Positions 1 through 8,200 of a DNA stretch of 51,003 nucleotides are shown piece by piece; position 1 is the stretch's first letter; the number at the start of each line of letters is the position of its first letter. The position numbers and the translations under genes were made by a program. The notes below the pieces were generated by a model. That model saw only the letters and a list, made by a program, of their open reading frames with translations. It had not been told where the DNA came from and searched no databases. The DNA lies in IMG/VR virus record IMGVR_UViG_3300027691_000041, positions 1 to 51,003 of that record. One strand, 5' to 3'. Source of the stretch: a virus (lineage: Duplodnaviria > Caudoviricetes).

Positions 1-264
1 AACCTCTCGGGGATGAGCGCCTTGCCCTCGTTTCTCGGCAAGCCAAAGTTTCAGCAGGCCAGCAACGCGCCCAAGATCCCCGTTTACTTTAGCCAGTTCG
101 TTGACAGCGTTAATGTCGATGACTGAGCGAATCTGTTGATGAAGTCCGGCAGCGCGAAGATATGCGGAAAGCGATAGATTAGCGGACGCGGCAAGACGCG
201 CTATCTCGGCGCGTTCTTCTTCGGTTACGAATACCTTGATGGGCTTATCGCGTGGGCGTGTCAT
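1..264 (-). CDS. traJ: Relaxosome accessory protein TraJ (RP4-type RHH/MobC), truncated by the window edge
   Basis: Manual translation from ATG 264 gives MTRPRDKPIKVFVTEEERAEIARLAASANLSLSAYLRAAGLHQQIRSVIDINAVNELAKVNGDLGRVAGLLKLWLAEK, which closely follows RP4 TraJ (PIKVY..ER..I...AGMSLSAYL...ELARINGDLGRLGGLLKLWL). ATGA overlap with the upstream gene. Absent from the ORF track. Confidence 0.9.
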   Translation of the reverse strand, partial: MTRPRDKPIKVFVTEEERAEIARLAASANLSLSAYLRAAGLHQQIRSVIDINAVNELAKVNGDLGRVAGLLKLWLAEKRGQGAHPREV

Positions 265-872
265 TTGTTCAATTCTGCATCCAGGTCTTTCATTGCCTCG
301 GCGCGGTTTCCGCCTTCGTTCAGAATGCGGAGCAATTTTTTTGCCGCTTCCCTGAGCTTGTCGTCTGGCCTATCCGGTACCCACCCGCCGTCATCCAGCA
401 TTTGCAAGTACTCAATCCCGTCGTTCACCCATACGTGACTGGCGCTGTTCCAATTTACGCGCACCAGATCAATGGTTGCCCCTGGATGGTGTTTGAACCA
501 ATCTCGCAAATTGTCCGCAAGATCATTCCCAATCGGCCTGCAAACTTGGGGCACGAGCCCCGGCTTTCGCATGATGTAAAACACGATTTGCTCAGGCTCA
601 ACCTCCTGCGCTGGCGGTGTCGCAGGCATTGTCCGAATGTAGTCGATTAAATCCGCCCGTGACTCAGGGGAAAGTTCGTCTAGCAATTCACGGACTCTAT
701 CAGCGGCCCGCCCTGTTGCTGGCGGTGTCGGGGCGGCTGCGAGCATCGCTTTGTAAGCGTATACGGGGTCAGGGGCATCGCTCGTTTTCTCATTGCCGTA
801 TTTCCACGCTGCGTCAGCCATTGCTTGAGTAGGCTCAACCGGCACTAATTGCCATCCTTCCGGTATTTTCAT
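261..872 (-). CDS. Phage hypothetical protein (Eaa/DUF551-like N-terminus)
   Basis: IPEGWQLVPVEPT..M...AMLAAAP motif typical of lambdoid early genes; GGAG RBS. Confidence 0.65.
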   Translation of the reverse strand: MKIPEGWQLVPVEPTQAMADAAWKYGNEKTSDAPDPVYAYKAMLAAAPTPPATGRAADRVRELLDELSPESRADLIDYIRTMPATPPAQEVEPEQIVFYIMRKPGLVPQVCRPIGNDLADNLRDWFKHHPGATIDLVRVNWNSASHVWVNDGIEYLQMLDDGGWVPDRPDDKLREAAKKLLRILNEGGNRAEAMKDLDAELNK

Positions 873-881
873 TTCGGCTCC

Positions 882-1271
882 TTAATAGTGTTCTTTGTAT
901 GACGGCAAGTTAGCCTTCCATTCCCGATACGATTCAGCATCCTTCCGCAACCGCTTCACTTCCTCGTTGAGTGTTGATAGCCTCCCTACCAGAGCGGATA
1001 CTCCGGCGTCTAACGCATTCAGATCGTCGTCTGATGAGATAAGGTGCGCCCATACGCCATCGGCCAGAGCATCACCCATAGTCTGGATGCCGTCTCGGAG
1101 CATTCTCAATTCGGCCTTGAGCGCATCAATCTCTGGCTGGCGACGAGCAAATATGCACAAAGCCAAATCTGTCCTGCTGTCAACATACGGGCCGTCACCC
1201 TCTCTTACTCTTCTTAGCGGAAGCCCCAAATCTCTCGCCAGATTCTCGAATTCTTCTCTTTGCTCGTCCAT
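882..1271 (-). CDS. Phage hypothetical protein (Ead/Ea22-like, coiled coil)
   Basis: Likely start MDEQREEFE at 1271 (TAATG coupling); paralogous to the next ORF. Confidence 0.6.
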   Translation of the reverse strand: MDEQREEFENLARDLGLPLRRVREGDGPYVDSRTDLALCIFARRQPEIDALKAELRMLRDGIQTMGDALADGVWAHLISSDDDLNALDAGVSALVGRLSTLNEEVKRLRKDAESYREWKANLPSYKEHY

Positions 1272-1549
1272 TATTCTTCCTTGTATTTGGCGATCATGGT
1301 TCTGGCCTCGTCGCATATCACATCAAGTTCATCTGCAATCTCGATAATCCTGTGATGGGAATAAATGCGGTGCGATGGATATTTATCGTTCCATTGAACG
1401 ATCTTTCGCAAAGCCGCCAGCAGTTCGTCGCGTTCTTTAACTAGTGCGGCGTTTTCGTCGTCAAGTCTGATTCGCTCACGTGTTTCCCTGTTCAGGCTGT
1501 CATAGAGGTCTGCGTTATCATGCTTGAGCGCATCAATCTCTGGCTGGCG
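1116..1549. repeat. 27-bp direct repeat (1116-1142 and 1523-1549)
   Basis: CTTGAGCGCATCAATCTCTGGCTGGCG occurs twice and encodes RQPEIDALK in both adjacent ORFs. Confidence 0.9.
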
Positions 1550-1672
1550 GGCTTGCCATGCTTCGAAAGCGCCATAGGTCTTGTAGTGGACATAGATGTT
1601 CAATTTGTTTTTCGTGAGCACATAACCTTTGGGATAGGCCCATCTCTCAAATTCCTCTCTCTGTTTTTGCAT
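1271..1672 (-). CDS. Phage hypothetical protein (coiled coil)
   Basis: QREEFE..W...AWQARQPEIDALK motif; AGGAGG RBS; coupled to its neighbours. Confidence 0.65.
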   Translation of the reverse strand: MQKQREEFERWAYPKGYVLTKNKLNIYVHYKTYGAFEAWQARQPEIDALKHDNADLYDSLNRETRERIRLDDENAALVKERDELLAALRKIVQWNDKYPSHRIYSHHRIIEIADELDVICDEARTMIAKYKEE

Positions 1673-1836
1673 TATTCAACCTCCTTTACGCTGAGAATGT
1701 CCCAATCCTCCATGCCAGTTTCGAGTTCATCGACTGAATGATCCCAAGGATTGCTCTCAGCTTCTTCTATCGTTTCGCATTCAACGGTCACGGTTTTCGT
1801 AACAACGCATTTCATTTTTACTTCGAACTGTTTCAT
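1672..1836 (-). CDS. Small acidic hypothetical protein (54 aa)
   Basis: Manual translation MKQFEVKMKCVVTKTVTVECETIEEAESNPWDHS...; overlaps the start/stop of both neighbours. Confidence 0.65.
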   Translation of the reverse strand: MKQFEVKMKCVVTKTVTVECETIEEAESNPWDHSVDELETGMEDWDILSVKEVE

Positions 1837-2006
1837 GGTTTTTCCCCTTTATTTGATTCCAGTATTCGGTATCCGCCATCGATATAGTTGGACGACCAGT
1901 CTTGCCATGCTTGTTCCAATTCTTTTTCTGTTGTTTCGTCGGAAAACTCCACCTTCTCTTCTTGTCGCTGTCCTATTCCGATTGATAGCGTGAATCTAAC
2001 TAGCAT
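1833..2006 (-). CDS. Small acidic hypothetical protein (57 aa)
   Basis: Start MLVRFTLSIG at 2006 with AGGAGG RBS; first gene of the leftward operon. Confidence 0.65.
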   Translation of the reverse strand: MLVRFTLSIGIGQRQEEKVEFSDETTEKELEQAWQDWSSNYIDGGYRILESNKGEKP

Positions 2007-2071
2007 TGTTATTTCCTCCTGATTAGGGTTTTGCTTCAAGATTTCCGTCGAGCCAAAGGCGAGTAAAGGAA

Positions 2072-2125
2072 GTATTGGGGAGTCGAAGCGCGTAGCGCGT
2101 AGGCCCACAATACACATCTTGCCAT
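2072..2125 (+). other. oriT: Origin of transfer oriT (RP4/IncP-type, MOBP); nic between 2121 and 2122
   Basis: Imperfect inverted repeat GTATTGGGG...CGCG-TAG-CGCG...CCCACAATAC (2072-2113), then exactly 8 nt ACATCTTG^CC. This matches the RP4 layout (IR, CTATCCTG^CC). Lies between divergent traJ and traK. Confidence 0.85.
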
Positions 2126-2149
2126 AGATTTATAACCAGACTTTAAAGA

Positions 2150-2178
2150 AATATATTCGAACGACTATTGACTGTCAA
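2150..2178 (-). promoter_or_regulatory. Sigma70 promoter for the leftward (traJ) operon, reading across nic
   Basis: TTGACA(2178-2173)-N17-TATATT(2155-2150). Confidence 0.6.
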
Positions 2179-2197
2179 GTCTTTTTGATATATTTAG

Positions 2198-2278
2198 ATA
2201 GTTATATTGACTTATAAAGAGTTATCGTGAGATAGTTAAGTTGCAGTCAAGAGTTATGAAGAGTATAAGAGAGTTTTG
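2198..2278. repeat. Phased ~10-bp AGTTAT-like repeats upstream of traK (putative TraK/StbA binding array)
   Basis: AGTTAT 2200, ACTTAT 2210, AGTTAT 2220, AGTTAT 2252, AGTATA 2262, AGTTTT 2272. Confidence 0.5.
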
Positions 2279-2302
2279 CAGTGTTCTTAGGGAGTTCAAG
2301 CA

Positions 2303-2617
2303 ATGAAGGCTTCTAAAGAGAAGAGATTGGGAGCTGGCAGAGTGGCTTTCCTGGCAAGAAGGGATGTCTTCAGGGAAAAGATCGAAGCCGGTCACACAAT
2401 GGCAACCGTGTATGAAGAATACGAGAAGCAGTTAGGAATCAGTTACAGCCAATTTGTTCACTACGTCAATCGTTATATCAGGAGCAAACCAGATGGAGAT
2501 AAACCAGGAATCGAAGCAACAAACAAAGAACCAGTCAAGAAACCGGAATACGGTCAGCCAAAGTTCAAACGAACTGAAAACAGAGACGACCTCTTCAAAC
2601 CTAAACCAAAGGAGTGA
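2303..2617 (+). CDS. traK: TraK family oriT-binding protein (StbA-like)
   Basis: GRVAFLA...GH....Y...LGISYSQF..Y.NRYI core plus a K/P-rich tail, as in IncP TraK; first gene after nic. Confidence 0.8.
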   Translation: MKASKEKRLGAGRVAFLARRDVFREKIEAGHTMATVYEEYEKQLGISYSQFVHYVNRYIRSKPDGDKPGIEATNKEPVKKPEYGQPKFKRTENRDDLFKPKPKE

Positions 2618-2624
2618 ACAAGAA

Positions 2625-3344
2625 ATGAATCAAGCGCATTTCATTCTGCAAGCGAAAGGCGGGGTCGGTAAATCACTAGCGGCCTCTGTAATCGCGCAAT
2701 TCTTGCGTGGCCGTGGTGAATCTGTCGAAGTAGTAGACACAGATCCATCGAACGCAACCCTTTTCGGGTACAAGGCATTAAACGTACAACGATTAGACTT
2801 GATGGAGGGCACGGTGCTGAATGAAGGAAAATTCGATTCACTGATAATGCGAATTATCAGCGAGGATACAAACTTTGTTGTCGATAATGGCGCGTCCAGC
2901 TTTATTCCGTTGAACAACTACCTGATAGAAAACTATGTAGTCGATATGATCGCTGAGCATGGTAAACAGGTGATTGTTCATACTGTCATAGCTGGCGGTT
3001 CATCCTTAACCGACACTCTCAACGGTTTCGCGGATTTAGTTGAACAGATGCCTGAGAACGTTCGAATTGTCGTGTGGCTGAACGATCATTTTGGAAAGAT
3101 AGAGTATGGAGGAGACACTTTCGAGGAAATGAACGTTTACCAAAAAAACAGGGATCGAGTACATGGTATCGTTCGGTTAGCGAAACTAAATCCCTCAACA
3201 TTCGGCGCGGATATGGAGAAAATGCTTACCGCAAAGTTGACATTTGATGAAATCAATATGTCTCAAGACTTCGATCTGATGAAAAAATCCCGCCTGTTTA
3301 GGGTTAAACAGGACATCTATCGACAACTGGAAGAGGTTATTTAA
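2625..3344 (+). CDS. traL: TraL P-loop ATPase (StbB-like)
   Basis: LQAKGGVGKS, DTDPSNAT, VVDNGASSFIPL and VIVHTVIAGG motifs are colinear with RP4 TraL; start ATG 2625 with GGAG RBS. Confidence 0.9.
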   Translation: MNQAHFILQAKGGVGKSLAASVIAQFLRGRGESVEVVDTDPSNATLFGYKALNVQRLDLMEGTVLNEGKFDSLIMRIISEDTNFVVDNGASSFIPLNNYLIENYVVDMIAEHGKQVIVHTVIAGGSSLTDTLNGFADLVEQMPENVRIVVWLNDHFGKIEYGGDTFEEMNVYQKNRDRVHGIVRLAKLNPSTFGADMEKMLTAKLTFDEINMSQDFDLMKKSRLFRVKQDIYRQLEEVI

Positions 3345-3345
3345 G

Positions 3346-3768
3346 ATGGTTAACGTTGATGAAATTCGGAAGGAAATAGCGGTTAAGCACGACATCCTTC
3401 TGCCAGAAAATGATTCGTCCCTGGTGTTGGTTACGATGGTCGATTCGTTACTGACCCAATATGTGGATGATTTGAACAAACAGCAGGAGGAAAACGTAAA
3501 GGCTTTGATAAATGCAGTTCAGCAAGGCATTGCCGAAGGGAAAAAAACAGCCAAAGAAATTATTACCAAAGGCGCGGACTACGTGAGTAACGAAGCCCAC
3601 ACCGCTGTAGTGTCAGCAATGGATGAGGGCCGGGAACAGGTGAGGAAGGATCTGATCCTGGCGGTGACTCGAATCGAAGAGGCCCGAATAGCATCCGCAA
3701 GGTGGGCAGCGGTATCAAGTCTCTGTGCCGCTATCACTGTAGGCGCAATGCTGGCGCATGTTTTCTGA
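3346..3768 (+). CDS. traM: TraM (IncP-type) with C-terminal hydrophobic segment
   Basis: EIRKEIAVKHDI.L..D..LVL resembles RP4 TraM; traKLM synteny. Confidence 0.8.
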   Translation: MVNVDEIRKEIAVKHDILLPENDSSLVLVTMVDSLLTQYVDDLNKQQEENVKALINAVQQGIAEGKKTAKEIITKGADYVSNEAHTAVVSAMDEGREQVRKDLILAVTRIEEARIASARWAAVSSLCAAITVGAMLAHVF

Positions 3769-3907
3769 AGTGGTTGCGGTTGCCCTGGTCGTCTTGGCAA
3801 TTGTGATGACCGGGGTTATGGCCTCTGCGGTCTACGCGAACCGGGATGCCTTGCCAGTGGTTGGTTTAGTGTTCTGCGCCCTGGTTGCCTTTGGGCTTTT
3901 CTGGTAG
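3758..3907 (+). CDS. Small two-TM membrane protein (49 aa)
   Basis: Manual translation MFSEVVAVALVVLAIVMTGVMASAVYANRDALPVVGLVFCALVAFGLFW; overlaps the end of traM. Confidence 0.5.
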   Translation: MFSEVVAVALVVLAIVMTGVMASAVYANRDALPVVGLVFCALVAFGLFW

Positions 3908-3914
3908 ATTTTTT

Positions 3915-3985
3915 CGGAGTTATCCACATCGAAGCCTACCGCACCCTACCAAGTGCAAGAGTAGGCGTAGTTGTGGGTAACTCCG
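3915..3985 (+). other. DnaA-box hairpin, copy 1 (candidate ssi / single-strand priming site)
   Basis: CGGAGTTATCCACA pairs with TGTGGGTAACTCCG; inner stems GCCTAC/GTAGGC and GCAC/GTGC; perfect DnaA box at 3920-3928. Confidence 0.55.
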
Positions 3986-3991
3986 TTCTAA

Positions 3992-4327
3992 TTAGAACGT
4001 CTTGACCCCGATCCATTCGGCAAACGTCATCCCGCAATCAGCGTCAAGGAATTCCTGGTAACGCTTTTGGCTTCGTGTTAATTTGGGACGCTTCTGGCTG
4101 TTGAGTGCAACGTAATCCCGGCCTTTTTGCGTCACGTAAAAGACAGAATCGCCACCAGCTAAGGGGTGATTCATTTGCTCCGTCATCAAACCCTCGGCAA
4201 CCAGCTCTTTGCACAACGGAAAGTCTTTGCTTCCCGCGCCGGTTACAAAATGGTTCCGGTATTGCTTTCCTTCTCCGTATTCATCCAACCCTAACGAATG
4301 CTGAAGAATGTGTAATTTGCTGTCCAT
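3992..4327 (-). CDS. Conserved phage/plasmid hypothetical protein (winged-helix-like)
   Basis: LHILQHSLG...YRNHFV...C..LV..GLM...VT..G pattern; AGGAG RBS. Confidence 0.7.
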   Translation of the reverse strand: MDSKLHILQHSLGLDEYGEGKQYRNHFVTGAGSKDFPLCKELVAEGLMTEQMNHPLAGGDSVFYVTQKGRDYVALNSQKRPKLTRSQKRYQEFLDADCGMTFAEWIGVKTF

Positions 4328-4346
4328 AAAAGACTCCTGTAATTAA

Positions 4347-4603
4347 CTGGTGAGTGTGGCCGGTACTGGGTCTCCGGCTTCGTCGTTTAAGTTACGCGCC
4401 CCGGTCGGGTTGATCGTCTGGAACATGTAGCTAGCATTCTGTCCGTCTACATCCGGCGCGTTATCAGCCACCCACGACATTTGCGTATCAGCCTACGCAT
4501 TCACACTCATACGGCTGGCGACTGCTTGCTCGGAGCCTCTCAAGTTGCCTGCCCATAGATGCAGGACTCAACCGCCATGCGTATGAGGCCGGTTTCCCGG
4601 CCC
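4347..4603 (-). ncRNA. Highly structured intergenic RNA candidate (tRNA-like unit ending in CCA plus a second multistem unit)
   Basis: Nested stems on +: TGAGTGTG/CACACTCA, GCCGG/CCGGC, TGCGTA/TACGCA, CGCGCC/GGCGCG, ATGTAG/CTACAT, CTCATACG/CGTATGAG, GGCCGG/CCGGCC. Confidence 0.5.
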
Positions 4604-4615
4604 CCTTAGTGGTTT

Positions 4616-5041
4616 TTAGAATGGAATGTCGCTGTCGTCGAATACGCCGGTTGGCGACGGTCCAGTAGCAGGAGTTCGATCTTCCTTGCGCTCATCGTCT
4701 TTGCCATTCCCCTTGCCGCCGAGCATCTTCATTGTATCGGATATGATTTCGGTGTTGTAGCGATCAACACCGGCCTTGTCAGTCCATTTGCGCGTAACAA
4801 GCTTGCCTTGGATAAAAACCGATGCGCCCCTCTTCAAGTATTCCCCGGCAATCTCGGCGAGCTTGCGGTAAAAAACCACACGGTGCCATTCCGTGCGCTC
4901 TTCCTTCTCTCCGTCTTTGTTCTTCCATGATTCAGTAGTCGCTACCGTGATGTTGCAAACCGCTTCCCCATTGGGCATGTAACGCAGTTCGGGATCTTTG
5001 CCCAGGTAGCCAATGATTTGAACCTGATTGAATGAAGCCAT
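4616..5041 (-). CDS. ssb: Single-stranded DNA-binding protein
   Basis: N.V..IG.LG.DPE..Y, TEWHRVV, G.L.TRKW and C-terminal DDSDIPF. Confidence 0.97.
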   Translation of the reverse strand: MASFNQVQIIGYLGKDPELRYMPNGEAVCNITVATTESWKNKDGEKEERTEWHRVVFYRKLAEIAGEYLKRGASVFIQGKLVTRKWTDKAGVDRYNTEIISDTMKMLGGKGNGKDDERKEDRTPATGPSPTGVFDDSDIPF

Positions 5042-5048
5042 GATATTT

Positions 5049-5133
5049 TCTCCTTGCCCCTCTTACCCCGGAGGCGCGGTGCGGGACTGAATGTCCACGG
5101 TTTAATGATATACAATGTATCCCATTAAGTCAA
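5049..5133 (-). promoter_or_regulatory. Strong sigma70 promoter with GATACATTGTAT operator and conserved leader (copy 1)
   Basis: TTGACT(5133-5128)-N17-TATCAT(5110-5105); operator in the spacer; leader CCGCGCCTCCGGGG...GGGGCAAGGAGA. Confidence 0.75.
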
Positions 5134-5250
5134 GCATTTTTATCAATTATTTTTGATATTTTCAGGGGAACAACATTAAACCGAATGTCATAATAGCAAA
5201 GAGACAATGGTATAAAAACCTTGATAACCACTTCCTGCCGAACAATGCTT

Positions 5251-8200
5251 TTAAGATTCTGCCGCTGTTTCTTCCCGGTATCGCTTGTTGAACCGCGCCA
5301 TTGCCGCGCGTTTCTTTTCCTCGATCTCCTTCCGAAGTTGTGCTTTGTTCGGTACGTCTCCCTTATCCAGCGCGATATCACGTTTTCTAAGCTGGCTGAG
5401 TATCCGCTTGGTTTCTTTTGCGGCGGTGGCAAGCCTCAATTCTCCCGCGTGCGCCTCTCGTATCCTTCGCACCATTTCGGTATCGCCTTTCTGCCGGTAC
5501 GTCTTTAGCTCATCAGCCGCAAGTTCCACGGCTTTTACCGCTTCGTAGTATTTCCGCTCTGTCTGGAATTCTGGCCGCGCGCCCACGAAGATATTCAGGA
5601 ATGGAATTTCTCGCGCTTGTAACTGGACGTCTCCCGCCGCTTTAATGGGGCCGCTTACCGTTTGCATGTACGTACGCCCAGCGCCCCCGGCAACGGATGA
5701 AACCGCGAAGTCAAAGAAAGCCGGGTTGACGTTGATGAAACCAGGTCGAACCTCATTGCCGCCAGTGACATTGTTCAAGCGTTCGGCCAGCCATTTAGCA
5801 GGCGCACTGGTGGATTTGAAACCCATCTGGTACTCGGGATTCGGTACGCCAAAGGGGTTCTGTTGGCGGCGTAGCGGATTCCCGGCAAAGTTCTTGTTCT
5901 CTGCCCACTGAATGAAAGGATCGGCCACGGTAGGGGCCACATACTGAAGCCCAGATCCTGCTTGTCCGGTGGGACTGAAGGCGTCAAGGAAGACTGAGGC
6001 CAGATCCACGGCGCTTTTTACAGGACTGTAGTTCTCCCGGAAAATCATTTCGCTCAACTTGCGGCCAGTGCTGGCAAAGAAGTTATACCCATAGGGCATG
6101 GGAATAGTTACCGGTTGACCGCCTACCATGAAGACGAAGTTCATGGCCTTGGTGTGTTCCGGCAGTTGATCGTAATCGTTCTCTCCGTCCTCGTCGTCGT
6201 CTCCCGCCATTGCTCGTGCAACGACATCCATCAGGAAGCCGGAGAGAACCACGCCAGCAACGATCTTGCGAACTTGTTTGTTAGATAGCGCCTTGACAAG
6301 CCGCGCAGTGCCCTGAATGGAAGCATTCATGAACATGTACCAAGCGTTCAATTCCACGCTCTTTGCGCCCCGCGTATTGAAGTTTACGGTAAGGTTCTTT
6401 GCGAGCTGCGCGGCTTTGCCCTCGGATAAACCGGATCGTCGTGCAGCAACATAGGCCGAAAGCCTTGCGCCGTTCTCAACTGCGTTATTGGCATCCTGAA
6501 CGATATCCCACCAGGATTTCAGCGTGCGCCTCGCAAAATTCACCTTCCCTGGTTTCATGACTTCGAGTTCCTTCTTCAAGGACTCCGCACGCGCCCCGAT
6601 GGTGTTGTAATGCTCCATCCATCCAGTTTGACCACCAGCCGCCTTGAATTCCTCGGCATACTTCGCCCACTGCGATTTATGCTTGCCGCGAGACAGCGCC
6701 CACATTCCTTTAATTGCTGCGGGCACATCCCGGAACACTTCCCTTTTCTTTCCGGCAATCTCGGTATCCGACAAGTTTACGAAAGCTGTTTGCAGGTCGC
6801 GCAAGAAATTGCGTGCGACAAAAACAGGATTGGCGGTGGTGTTCATCGTAGCCAGGACTCGCGTGAACCTGCCCACCATTTGCGTTACTTCTCCCAATTG
6901 CTGGGAAGCCATGTTCTTCATGCTGGCCGCAAGCCGCATTGCTTCGAGATTGCTTTCTGTAAAACTGATTGTGTGTTCTTCACCGTCAATCTTTAGGGTT
7001 AAGACTTCAGGCCGGTTCTTGTAAGTCGGGTCCACTCTTTCAACGACGAATCCCGAAACAGGGTCCACGGTACGAAGCATGGGTGCGTTATCCAACGTCC
7101 ACAAGGAAGGGTCCGGGTGTGTTGAAGCGAACTGGAAAAGCGCACGGTCTACTTTCGCCTTTTCTGAGCGAATAATCGCGGCCTCATGCTGGGCTACGAC
7201 GTGCGCAAGAATATTGGTTACATCCTTGTTTGAACCCGTGGCACGCTTCGATTCCTTACCCCTGATGTTGAACCCCTGCCCCACCTTTGGCATGGCGTTT
7301 CCATCCACTTCCCCGCGATGCAACGGTACATAATGCTCGTACTTGCGGTTCCATGCGTCAATGGCGTCTGCCTTCTCTAAGCCGCCCTCCACGTAGATTT
7401 GCCGCGTCCGTGATGTGATGGCGTCAACGATGGACGAAACGCGCTCTAGCGCCTTGGCGGTACCGTTCTTGGTGGCTTTATCAAGGATACTTTTCGCTTC
7501 CTTGTCGCTCATGCCAGAAAGAGCGGTGTTGTCTCCCTGAAAAGGTTTCACCAGGCGCAATGCCTTCAGTTTGTCCAGCGCATCTACATAGTCCTTCACG
7601 TTCGGAAGTTTGCGTAGCTGGGCGAGTTCCTGCTTTATCATTCGAGCAAGCGACTCGTCGGCTATTCCATCCTCAATGTCGGCCTCTGCCTGCCGAAGAT
7701 CCCGGCGCTCCTTCAGGAATCTTTCAACATCCTTGTCTTTGGCAAGGAAATCACGCTGCTTTTCCAGCGCTGCCGTCTGTGTCTTGAGTTCGGATTCGGT
7801 CGGATTGATTTCGTGCATTGCGGCGTTGCGGCTTGGCGCGTGCAGCGCGTGCAGATACTCTTCCACATCCTCGTAGGAAACACCCGAGTCATGAATGGCC
7901 TTTAGGAGTGGATCACGCATCTGTTCTTCGAAGGTATCCATCCTGGCGCGAACAGTGCCGGAATAGCGTTCTTCGGCAAGCGCGGCGTCCTCGTCTTCGG
8001 TTACGGGACCAGCGCGTTTCTGGATGTCCTTAAGCGGTTTGAAACGATCCTGGAAGTTGAAGATAAGAGAGTCTGTGATTTTTTCGAAACGGTCCTTGCT
8101 GAAGAATGGCGCCGAGTCCTGATTGAGTTCTACCCCGCCATCCCCTGGTTCTTGCCCGAACCGTTGCCCTCGTCTATTTTTTGCAACGTAATCTGTTCCG

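Noticed and set aside
2454-2624. Long N-terminal extension of TraL in the ORF track
   Set aside because: It overlaps traK; the RBS and homology to RP4 TraL begin at ATG 2625.
2625-3344. Canonical ParA partition ATPase
   Set aside because: Motifs and traK/traM synteny match TraL, and no parB/parS is adjacent.
4347-4509. Canonical tRNA gene
   Set aside because: No TTC T-loop and no 7-nt anticodon loop; about 160 nt long. Kept only as an ncRNA candidate.
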